Source: Candidatus Enterousia sp. (lineage in GTDB: Bacteria; Pseudomonadota; Alphaproteobacteria; Rs-D84). Taken from it: DNA of 64,000 nt. How positions within the stretch are numbered: position 1 is the stretch's first letter; every line of letters begins with the position of its first letter. Where the stretch lies: the NCBI GenBank assembly GCA_045546155.1, contig JAZQCG010000012.1, forward strand, positions 477 through 64,476, written 5' to 3'. The translations under genes and the position numbers were made by a program. Below the pieces are notes generated by a model, which was given only the letters and a program-made list of their open reading frames with translations, had not been told where the DNA came from and searched no databases. Below are positions 44,597 to 53,379 of the stretch, piece after piece.

Positions 44597-46705
44597 ATGC
44601 GTTGTTCAAATTTAAAGAAAATGGTTGGTATGTCATTCGCAGGTATTGGGATATTTGCGTTTGTGGGGATGTGTTATGCGGCAACTAATCCAGGGCGCAG
44701 TGCATACAGCAATGTGAGGGGTGTAACCACAGCACGCATGCCGTCAATGCCAACGTTGCCAGGTATGGCGGTGGGAAATACAACGCAACATGTTCCGACT
44801 GTGCCATCTGTGCCAAGTGTGCCAGATGTTCCAGACACCCCAGATCAGCCAGATACCCCAGATCAGCCGGATGTCCCAGATAACCCTAAGCCTGAATGCC
44901 CAGATGGTGGTGTCAAGAATTCGACATATACGGTTGAAAACTGTATGAACGATGTATTGCGTTGTGTAAATTCTGGTGCATTGCCAGGTGGGTTAAATGA
45001 TTTGTTTAATGAGGATCTGCGCAATGCTATTGAAAACGGTATGGGCATTTGTTCGGTTCAGGTTGATAAGTGTATTACCGATGTTCGCAAGGACTGTCGA
45101 AATGTTTATCGTTCGGCGGCGGATGTTTGGATTGACTTTAATTCACGTCGTGTTCAGCCAGAATATTATAACTTTGTTTTGCGCAAAACTGGTTTGACAC
45201 CCAATCAGGCGGAAAATACATGCAGACTGTTGGATAAAAACACATATGGTTCGTCATTTACGGCGGTATCAAATTCTGGAAATGTGACGGCAGAATATAA
45301 TACCAAGGTTGGTGCATATAATGGTCAGCATGGTAATGTATTGGTTAAAAGTCAACCGATGGGTGTAAAGGTTAATGACGGTAATCCGGGGGTTGATGGT
45401 GGTCGTGGACACTATGCACGTTGGGATGCATCGACGGCGACGTGCTATGTTCGTGTTGCTGCATATAACAAAGATGAACAGATTAAAAACAGCTGGCTGT
45501 TTGGCGCGGTTGGAAATGATAAGCCCGCAGAAGTATGGAAGCCAGCCGGTGAAACGTTCAGTTGCAACAAAGATTTGTTTGGATTTTCGCTTATGAACGA
45601 TACTAATACTGTTGCGGTTGTTGGTGTTGGTGGTGGTACACTGTTGGGGGCGGGTATTGGTTTGGCCGCGGGGCACGGTGATCAACGCTTTGACTGTGCC
45701 AATGATAAGCATCGTGAATTATTGTTTGAAGAATTACGTGGTGATGCTGCGGTTGGTGTGTTGGGTGAATATATGCAAACTTCATCGCGGATTGCGCTGT
45801 CTGATAAGACATTGGATATGGATCAGTGTTCTGAAATTATGGATTTGTATGATACGTATCGTCAAATTAAAACAGCGGTTGATGATTGCGATGGCCCACG
45901 TACCCAGGTCGAAGTGCATCGTGAAATTTTAGCGGTTTGCAATATTTCTATGCCGACCACTGCAACAGATCAAGATGTTTTAAATGCTTGTATCGGTTCG
46001 TTGGCGGAAAAGAATTCTGTGTTTAATATCTGCTTTGATGCGTCGGTCAAAACCTTGGATGATTGTACCCAGAAAGTTTTGGCGCATTATGCAGCCCAGG
46101 ATTCTGCAACAAGTCAGCAATGTACACAGTTCCGCGATATTAATATTGCTAAGTTAAAAGGCGAAGGGATTTATTGTAACCCAAGTGAAAGCAGCTGTCG
46201 CTCGCATCAGGAACTGCGCCCAGAATTAGACAGACTGGGGCGTGTGTTTACGGATGATGTGACGAATATGTTCGAAAAAGGTATCGATGGCAATCGTGGT
46301 AAAACAACTGCGATTGGTGCAGCCACAGGTGCAGCCGCGGGTGGATTGGCAACAGCGATTACAGCATTTGTTGAAAAGAACAATATTAGTTGTCGTGTGG
46401 GCGATGGTTTGGAAACAGTTGCGTATGGAAAATCGTATTCGATTGGTAACTTGCGTGATTTCTATGTAAAATGGAATTTGCAGTTGCCGGATACTGTATC
46501 GCCGACAGCACATGTGACAGATTGTCAGTCTTGGAAGGATATGTGCGCAGCGTATACTGATTTAGGTTTGTGTAAATCTGCACAGTTTAATTATAAGCCA
46601 GCAGATGCGCCAACTATCAAGGCTATACCGTCTGCGTGTGTGGCATCGGGCAGTGTTTGTATTGAAAATTACCCCGTTGCAAAGTCATATGGGGCATGTG
46701 AATAA
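44597..46705 (+). CDS. Large Cys-rich secreted protein (702 aa), family member 3
   Basis: Signal-like N-terminus, (VP[ST]/PD) repeats, CMNDVLRC.., and two Gly-zipper segments (VVGVGGGTLLGAGIGLAAG; AIGAATGAAAGGLATAI). Confidence 0.75.
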   Translation: MRCSNLKKMVGMSFAGIGIFAFVGMCYAATNPGRSAYSNVRGVTTARMPSMPTLPGMAVGNTTQHVPTVPSVPSVPDVPDTPDQPDTPDQPDVPDNPKPECPDGGVKNSTYTVENCMNDVLRCVNSGALPGGLNDLFNEDLRNAIENGMGICSVQVDKCITDVRKDCRNVYRSAADVWIDFNSRRVQPEYYNFVLRKTGLTPNQAENTCRLLDKNTYGSSFTAVSNSGNVTAEYNTKVGAYNGQHGNVLVKSQPMGVKVNDGNPGVDGGRGHYARWDASTATCYVRVAAYNKDEQIKNSWLFGAVGNDKPAEVWKPAGETFSCNKDLFGFSLMNDTNTVAVVGVGGGTLLGAGIGLAAGHGDQRFDCANDKHRELLFEELRGDAAVGVLGEYMQTSSRIALSDKTLDMDQCSEIMDLYDTYRQIKTAVDDCDGPRTQVEVHREILAVCNISMPTTATDQDVLNACIGSLAEKNSVFNICFDASVKTLDDCTQKVLAHYAAQDSATSQQCTQFRDINIAKLKGEGIYCNPSESSCRSHQELRPELDRLGRVFTDDVTNMFEKGIDGNRGKTTAIGAATGAAAGGLATAITAFVEKNNISCRVGDGLETVAYGKSYSIGNLRDFYVKWNLQLPDTVSPTAHVTDCQSWKDMCAAYTDLGLCKSAQFNYKPADAPTIKAIPSACVASGSVCIENYPVAKSYGACE

Positions 46706-46711
46706 GGTGTC

Positions 46712-46742
46712 AAAAAAAATCCCGGCATTGCCGGGATTTTTA
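46712..46742. terminator. Bidirectional rho-independent terminator
   Basis: aaaaaaaatcccggc-att-gccgggattttt between convergent genes. Confidence 0.75.
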
Positions 46743-47297
46743 TTTTGTATATGTGTATGTAGAACGGGCATAGCCGGATAAAACACGCGTTGTTGTTTTT
46801 ACCTGGGCTACTGTATCTTGGATTGGTGCGCTGTTACTATTGATAACTACTGTGTTTACTGTGTTGTTATCGCCAATGATTACAGTATTGTTGCCACCAT
46901 TGTTTTCTTTGATTATAACCTGGTTTGTTGTGCCGGCTGGTTTTGTAGCCGTTGGTTTTGTTGCGACTGGGGTTGTAACAACAGGCTTTGTGATAACTGG
47001 TTTTGTGATTTTTGGTGCTGTTATTTTTTTTCTTGGGGTTGGTGTTTTTTCGCATGGGCAACGTTTGCTGCGTGCAGATTCACAATCGTCCAAGCGTTCA
47101 TTTACAACCGCCAAAGAGTCGGTTAATCTGTGGTTTTCTTGCAATAAATATTCAACAACGGATGCGGTGCAATCGTCTTCGTCATAGTAAGAATTTGAAG
47201 AGTTGTTGTTTTTGCAACCGACCAACATAACAATCATTGTTGTTAATGGTAATGCAATACGGGTCAAGAAACGTTTGTTTGTTGTGTTTTTTGTCAT
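46740..47297 (-). CDS. Lipoprotein with (TKP)-type repeats
   Basis: Lipobox MIVMLVGC. Repeat KITKPVITKPVVTTPVATKPTATKP. Confidence 0.65.
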   Translation of the reverse strand: MTKNTTNKRFLTRIALPLTTMIVMLVGCKNNNSSNSYYDEDDCTASVVEYLLQENHRLTDSLAVVNERLDDCESARSKRCPCEKTPTPRKKITAPKITKPVITKPVVTTPVATKPTATKPAGTTNQVIIKENNGGNNTVIIGDNNTVNTVVINSNSAPIQDTVAQVKTTTRVLSGYARSTYTYTK

Positions 47298-47390
47298 AAT
47301 GTATCCTTTGTGTATTTTTTTGTTGACTTTAATTTAGACAAAAAACAAAACTTTGTCAAACAAAAAGTTGGGGGTTGTGTGTTTTTTCGG

Positions 47391-47420
47391 TTTGCAGGCC
47401 ATGCTGTTTTTTGATATAAT
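47391..47420 (+). promoter_or_regulatory. Candidate promoter with extended -10
   Basis: TTGCAG-N18-(TGa)TATAAT, 18 nt upstream of ATG 47438. Confidence 0.5.
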
Positions 47421-47437
47421 TTTGTACTAAGAGAGAA

Positions 47438-48304
47438 ATGAAAAAACATATATTATTTTTATTTGGGGCGATTATGCTGATGTCGGGTCCGGCTTGGGCG
47501 GCGGCATCGTGTTCGCGGGCTAACTTAACACGTTGTTTGGATTCTGTGTGTGCGATAAATATTTCGTCTAATCCGGCGGCGCGCTGTCAATATTGCGGTA
47601 CGTCCAGTGCGGGCGAGCCAGCATCGGGTGGTATGCGCAGTGTGTCGGTTGGTTCGTCTGCAAAATATAATATATCCGACAAGGATTTGAAAAAAGCACC
47701 AAAAGAACCATCTGAACGTTATTCGTGGGCTGCGGAACAGTGTTTAAAGAAGGTGTCGGGTTGTACGACTGATGATGTCGCAGATGTTTACGATTCGTTA
47801 ATTGAACAGTCTTGTAAAGCGGCGGGTGTCGCGGCGGAAATGAAATCGCTGTCAGCGGCGGCAGCAGAAAAACCGTCACAGTCATCATGTCGTGCAAGTA
47901 TTGATGCGTGCATAATGGCGGATAATCGTTGTGGTGCGGATTTTTCAAACTGTAAATCGGATGCTGATTTTAATAAGCATTTTGCATCTTGTGGGGTTGA
48001 TGCAACCGGATGTGATGAATATGTGTCGGATATTCGTGATGAATTGATTGCGACGCGTGACAGTGTGGTTGAAAGTGCGGATGCGATAATTGATAACATT
48101 ATTGTTGCGTATCAAAATGCGCGCGCAAAATTGTTTGTTAGTGCAGAAAACCAGTGCAAGGATAATTCGGCGCGTGATGCCTGTATTGAACGGGTGTGTG
48201 CGGCCAATATGCCAAATAAATGTGCCACAGGATTTGAAGCGGAACGTGCGTTGGCGATGCAGATGTGTAAGTTTTATGATGTTGCGTGTGCGGCGCTGAA
48301 ATAA
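47438..48304 (+). CDS. Cys-rich secreted protein (288 aa), family member 4
   Basis: Signal peptide ..LMSGPAWA. CSRANLTRCLDSVC and CRASIDACIMADNRCGADFSNC motifs. Confidence 0.75.
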   Translation: MKKHILFLFGAIMLMSGPAWAAASCSRANLTRCLDSVCAINISSNPAARCQYCGTSSAGEPASGGMRSVSVGSSAKYNISDKDLKKAPKEPSERYSWAAEQCLKKVSGCTTDDVADVYDSLIEQSCKAAGVAAEMKSLSAAAAEKPSQSSCRASIDACIMADNRCGADFSNCKSDADFNKHFASCGVDATGCDEYVSDIRDELIATRDSVVESADAIIDNIIVAYQNARAKLFVSAENQCKDNSARDACIERVCAANMPNKCATGFEAERALAMQMCKFYDVACAALK

Positions 48305-48322
48305 ATTGGGGACGGTGTACTT

Positions 48323-50455
48323 ATGACGACACAGAAAGAATTTTTTAAACGATTTATCCCATTTTGTATGGTGATGGGGGCTGTGTTTGTTATGGGGGAT
48401 GCGTATGCGGCGGCGGTTGCAAAGCGTGGTACGGTTTCCCGTGCCCAGGTTGCAGTTCGTGCACCGGTGGCGGCAAAAAATGTTGCCCCCACGGCCCAAG
48501 AAGAGCCAGAAGAAGTTATCGAAGAAGATGTTGTAGTCGAAGAATCAGAACCGTTTGAATTCGAAGATCGTACCAGTCAATTTGATGATGCAATTGGAAC
48601 GGTGGCAACATCGGTGGAATCTGCGGATGATGAATTGGCAGAAATGATACGTCGCCAGCGTGCAGCGGCGGATGCGGCGGATGCGACGACCGCGGTAAAG
48701 GCAAATGTAAAAAAAGCGACGGGGTCGGGGCAAAATGCGTGCGACGTGGGATTGCGTAAATGTATGCAGGCAAAATGTGGTGCAGATTTTGGAAAATGTG
48801 CCGGCGATACAGATACGATTTGGGGTGATAAACTGGATGCGTGTCGTCGTGATTTGAAGTGCAGTGGGCATGAATATTCATTATTTGTGACGGAAATCAA
48901 AGCGGATCGTGATGCAAATGCAGAACTGGCCAATTTTAACGCGATTATAAATTGTGGTAATAAATATAATTCATGTATCTTGGCGGAATGTGGGGCGACG
49001 TTCTCTAAATGTTTGGGCAAGTCCGAAGGGGACAAGGCTATTGCGAAATGTAAAAAAATTCAAAATGACTGTGTTAAGTTGGATGGTGGCCTGGCGTCGC
49101 GTATGATGGATGTGTTTGCCGGTGTTCGCCAGGATGCAGAAAAGAAAATTCAACGTGATGAACAGCGTCTTTATGATTTGCGTGATGAAATGGAATCTGT
49201 GTGCAGTCGTATGGGCGCGATGTTTGATACGCGTTCGTTGGATTGTGTTTATACGGTTAATTTCTTTGCGGATAATGCAACCACACCATATGCATCGAAA
49301 AAAGCATATGCCGGTGGGATGTTTAGTTGTGAGCCGGGCTGGTTCGGGATAGATGTTACGACGTTCAAAGAAAATGCTTATCGCTTAACACGTGCACAGA
49401 CGGCGGCATCATCGGCAATGTTGGGGTCGGGGATTGGTATGGCGGCTGGTGCGATTACATCGGGTGCGATTGATCGGGCGCTTGAAACACAGAAGGCTAA
49501 AAAAGAATTAAAGGAAGCCCAAGAAGGCGACAAAGCGGATAAAAAGGCAGACGAGAAAGAAAAAAAAGGTGAGCCCGATAACAAGGATGGCAATGATGAC
49601 AACAAGCTAGGCGCAGCCGGTCGTCGTTGTACCAAGGCGGGCGGAAACTGGGAAAATGGTGCGTGTGTCGGTGCGAAGTGTGATGATGGCGAAGAATGGA
49701 ATTCGGAAAAGAATAAGTGTGTCAAGAATAAGGGGGCGGACGAGCCTGAAAAATCCAGCGAAGAAGACGATAAGAAGGATAAAGAAGAAGAATCTTATGA
49801 AGATGTCTCTGCGCGTGTAATGTGTGATAGTGCGGATGGTGAATGGGATGAAAAGAAAAAAAAGTGTAAATGCAAAGACGAAGGTGGCAAAACCATAAAC
49901 ACAAAAAATCCGAAAGAATGCTTTATTGAGACTGAAGAAGAAATAATAGAAGAAGATGATTTAGATTCGGCAGCGGTTGCTTGTGATTATCAAGGTGGGA
50001 AATGGGAAAATGGTACATGTTCGTGTACGAACGCTAAAGGAAAAAAGATTAAGACCTTGAATCCGCTGAATGATTGCGTAAAGCCAAGCGAAGCTGGTTC
50101 GGCGAATGGTGGTGAAAAAAGGGGGGCAGAATCGGCAAAGGACAAAAAGAAAGTACTTAGTGCTACACAAAAGAAAGCCTGTACAGCCAGAGATGGAACG
50201 TTGAATGCAGATGCCACCATGTGTTCATGCAAAGATCGCAATGGTAGGGATATTGATACCAATAATCCGATAAACAAATGCGTAAAACAAAATGATTCAG
50301 GCCAACAAAATAAAAACGTAGCGGAAAGGAAAATAGATACTGCTGGCCAGACAGTTGAGGAAGCGGCGATATCACAAGGGCCTAAGAGTGAAATAAAGTC
50401 GCGTGAAGATATGGAAGCAGAACGCGCCGCCAAAAATGCAAGCCAATCAGAATAA
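48323..50455 (+). CDS. Large Cys-rich secreted protein (710 aa), family member 5, with four tandem CxC modules
   Basis: CDVGLRKCMQAKCGADFGKC, CGNKYNSCILAECGATFSKC, a Gly-zipper (MLGSGIGMAAGAITSGA), a Lys/Asp/Glu linker, and 4 copies of C-x4-GG-x-W-(E/D)..C-x-C..NP..C. Confidence 0.8.
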   Translation: MTTQKEFFKRFIPFCMVMGAVFVMGDAYAAAVAKRGTVSRAQVAVRAPVAAKNVAPTAQEEPEEVIEEDVVVEESEPFEFEDRTSQFDDAIGTVATSVESADDELAEMIRRQRAAADAADATTAVKANVKKATGSGQNACDVGLRKCMQAKCGADFGKCAGDTDTIWGDKLDACRRDLKCSGHEYSLFVTEIKADRDANAELANFNAIINCGNKYNSCILAECGATFSKCLGKSEGDKAIAKCKKIQNDCVKLDGGLASRMMDVFAGVRQDAEKKIQRDEQRLYDLRDEMESVCSRMGAMFDTRSLDCVYTVNFFADNATTPYASKKAYAGGMFSCEPGWFGIDVTTFKENAYRLTRAQTAASSAMLGSGIGMAAGAITSGAIDRALETQKAKKELKEAQEGDKADKKADEKEKKGEPDNKDGNDDNKLGAAGRRCTKAGGNWENGACVGAKCDDGEEWNSEKNKCVKNKGADEPEKSSEEDDKKDKEEESYEDVSARVMCDSADGEWDEKKKKCKCKDEGGKTINTKNPKECFIETEEEIIEEDDLDSAAVACDYQGGKWENGTCSCTNAKGKKIKTLNPLNDCVKPSEAGSANGGEKRGAESAKDKKKVLSATQKKACTARDGTLNADATMCSCKDRNGRDIDTNNPINKCVKQNDSGQQNKNVAERKIDTAGQTVEEAAISQGPKSEIKSREDMEAERAAKNASQSE

Positions 50456-50472
50456 CATACGGGTGAATATTG

Positions 50473-53298
50473 ATGAAAAAAATATTATTTGGAATTTTTG
50501 CTGTTGTTGGTTTGTTCGCTGGTGATGCGTACGCTGGGAACATGTGCGAATATAATGGTGGGCGGCATGCAGATGGCTATACATATCCTGCTGGGTATGA
50601 ACCGCATACCACAGATCATCCGGTTTGTAAAAGAGAGGGTGGCGAAGGTGTTAAATTCTGTTTTATTCGTTGTGATAATGGTACATGGAGATTTGAAAAA
50701 GCAACAGTATGTGAAACAGACAAGGGATATTCGCTGCAAGATGGTAAATGCGTAAAGCCAGAGCCCGAAGCATCGGCGGCAAGTGCCACCGCAACAAAGA
50801 AGGTTGCAGGTTGTTCGTGTCGAAATCATGTTGCCGGTGGTGCATGCGCTGAGGCGGGGATAGTAAATAAAAAATGTGTGCCGACTAAATGCCCAAAAAC
50901 TGTGACGGAAAAAGGAAAAACGTACAACACATATATGGTGCGCAATGGCAAGGGCGGTGCAGTTCTATATTTTTGCCATAATGATGCACTGTGCGAGCTT
51001 GGCAATGCCAAGAAAAAGTTGAGTGATTTTCCGCAATATGCCCTTAATACCTGGCAAGAGGGTAATGTTTGGTACACTGATAAAAAGTGTAAATGTGCGG
51101 ATTCTACGCGTGTGCTAAAAAATGGAAATTGTGTATGTGGTGGCGATACGCCGATTGATAACAATGGTACGTGTATCAGTCAAGCACACAAAGATTGTAT
51201 TGATACAAATGGTACATGGACGGGTTCTGCATGTGATTGCGGCAGCAAGGTTTTAAATGGCACAAAATGCGAGGAGAAAAGCGAACCACCAGTTAGTCAG
51301 CCCGTAGAACAGTCTGTGGCCCCGGTTGAAGAAGATAAACAAGAGCCCCAACCAACAGAATTTAACATATCTGGAAGTATTGTTGATCAAGATAATGAAC
51401 CATTGATTGCGACTGTTACGTTCGGAAACTGGGGGGTGACTGCGGGGGTAGATGGTAAATTTTCAACGACATACAAAGGCAACTCGGATGACATGTTGGA
51501 AATTAGTCATGTGGGATGCACACCGCAAAAGTTTAAGCCAACGGATTTAAAGAATAAAACCATTAAATTGGATTGTGTAACCGAGATAGAAGAAGTGATG
51601 ATTGTCGGGTGTAAAGGGGATGTAGCCAATGGTATCAAGACCAAGATATTGATTGATGATCAATGTTACCCCAGTGAATGTGTTACACCGGGCTGGAAAT
51701 TGACGGGATCTGGTGTTGATGCACAATGTGTTAAGGAAAAGGAATCAGAAGCCGCAGTTGTTCCAGGTGATGACGAAAATGAAGAGCCAGCACCAGAAGA
51801 TGACACACCAGAAGAAGTTGTAGACGAAGAGCCAGAAGAGCAGGAATACGATCCGGAACGCGAACAGCGTATCGCAGATGCCCAGGCAAAATATGATGCC
51901 GCCAAGGCCAATGAACAATCATTGGGTAATCGTATGTTGGGTGCGGCATCTATGGGGGCTATGGGGATTGGTGGTATGATGGTTGCGTCCAGTTTGTCGG
52001 AACAAAAAGCCGATGACGAAGCTGAAATTGATATGAAGGCATACCTGGCAACGTTCAGATGTGCATATGGCAATGCCAAGAATATCAAGGGCGGCGAAGT
52101 AAATATAGAATTGCCAGGGGCGTCTGAATTAATCCCGCTGTATGCAGAATACGTGGCGTTGGCAAATGACTTAAAATCGCGCAAAGCTCAATTGGGAATC
52201 AAGGCGGGTATTGAATCTGAAAAGATTTTGGATTCTGCGACAACGGGCCTTTATGACGATGTGGGAACTGGGGTAACATCGGGGGCGTATGCGTCATTAG
52301 CGCGCGCGTTGCAAGACCCAGATGGCGAAGATGCCAAAATGTGGAACGAACAGAAAGACAAAACAGCCAAGAATTTGAAAACCGGGGCGATAACCGCTGG
52401 GGTTGGTGCTGCGGTTGGGATTGTTGGTAATATTATTAGCAAAGCTGTAGCCAATAAGAAATATAAGTCTTTGGATGAATTGGAAAATAAAATTTCTGCA
52501 GGGACGACGGCGACTACAAAATGTCCATCGCAGTCAACTGGGACATATCCGAACTGCATATGCAATAGCGATAAAGAATATAATGCAAACAAAAATGAAT
52601 GTCGTGCCTGTACAGGTGGTCAGAAAATTGATAATACGGATGGTTATGCAAAATGCGTTTGCATGGGTGATACACCGTTGTGGGATACAGAACGTGGTAG
52701 ATGTATTGCACGTCCAAATTCATGTAATAATGGTTTTGTAAAAGGCGAGGATGGTAAATGTGATTGCCCAGCTGAACGGGGGATGACGGTACAAGGTGGC
52801 AAATGCGTAATAATTGAAACAGTTACACGTTCGTTATTTTCAACAACAGATGTGTCGACGGCGACGTTGGATGCGGGGCATTTATTTGAAATTGGTTCTG
52901 CTGAAATTCAAGCTTCGGCACAAGAGGCCTTAACAGATTTTGCAGATGGATTAAAGAAGGAGGCTTTATCGGATTGTAAGATTTCTATTATTGGATATAC
53001 AGATCCTGTGGGTAGCGCAGACGCAAACCAGCGTTTGTCAGAACAGCGTGCCAATGCAATTAAAACATTTTTAGAATCTTTGCAAGCTTATAAAGAAGTT
53101 GTTACAAGTACTTCAGCAACTGGTAATGGTGAAAATAATTGTACGTGTGGTGTTGGGGCAATTCCAGCTGGCCAAGAAAACAGTGCAGACTATAAGTTTT
53201 GTGTTGGCAAGGCGGGAACATATCCTGTTTCTGGTAACAACAGATATGCACCGTGTCGTCGTGTTGTAATTGAAGCATCATGTACAAAGGGAGATTAA
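50473..53298 (+). CDS. Large Cys-rich envelope protein (941 aa) with carboxypeptidase-regulatory-like fold and C-terminal OmpA-like domain, family member 6
   Basis: Signal peptide; CxC modules; FNISGSIVDQDNEPLIATVTFGN..DGKF (CarboxypepD_reg-like); acidic linker; Gly-zippers; C-terminal FEIGSAEI...IIGYTDPVGSADANQRLSEQRANAIKTFL (OmpA_C-like). Confidence 0.8.
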   Translation: MKKILFGIFAVVGLFAGDAYAGNMCEYNGGRHADGYTYPAGYEPHTTDHPVCKREGGEGVKFCFIRCDNGTWRFEKATVCETDKGYSLQDGKCVKPEPEASAASATATKKVAGCSCRNHVAGGACAEAGIVNKKCVPTKCPKTVTEKGKTYNTYMVRNGKGGAVLYFCHNDALCELGNAKKKLSDFPQYALNTWQEGNVWYTDKKCKCADSTRVLKNGNCVCGGDTPIDNNGTCISQAHKDCIDTNGTWTGSACDCGSKVLNGTKCEEKSEPPVSQPVEQSVAPVEEDKQEPQPTEFNISGSIVDQDNEPLIATVTFGNWGVTAGVDGKFSTTYKGNSDDMLEISHVGCTPQKFKPTDLKNKTIKLDCVTEIEEVMIVGCKGDVANGIKTKILIDDQCYPSECVTPGWKLTGSGVDAQCVKEKESEAAVVPGDDENEEPAPEDDTPEEVVDEEPEEQEYDPEREQRIADAQAKYDAAKANEQSLGNRMLGAASMGAMGIGGMMVASSLSEQKADDEAEIDMKAYLATFRCAYGNAKNIKGGEVNIELPGASELIPLYAEYVALANDLKSRKAQLGIKAGIESEKILDSATTGLYDDVGTGVTSGAYASLARALQDPDGEDAKMWNEQKDKTAKNLKTGAITAGVGAAVGIVGNIISKAVANKKYKSLDELENKISAGTTATTKCPSQSTGTYPNCICNSDKEYNANKNECRACTGGQKIDNTDGYAKCVCMGDTPLWDTERGRCIARPNSCNNGFVKGEDGKCDCPAERGMTVQGGKCVIIETVTRSLFSTTDVSTATLDAGHLFEIGSAEIQASAQEALTDFADGLKKEALSDCKISIIGYTDPVGSADANQRLSEQRANAIKTFLESLQAYKEVVTSTSATGNGENNCTCGVGAIPAGQENSADYKFCVGKAGTYPVSGNNRYAPCRRVVIEASCTKGD

Positions 53299-53379
53299 TA
53301 CAATGGGGGCCGAGTAAAAAATAGGGTGGACATATTTACGGATTATATGCTAAACTGAACTTAGTCAGAGAGAATAGTT

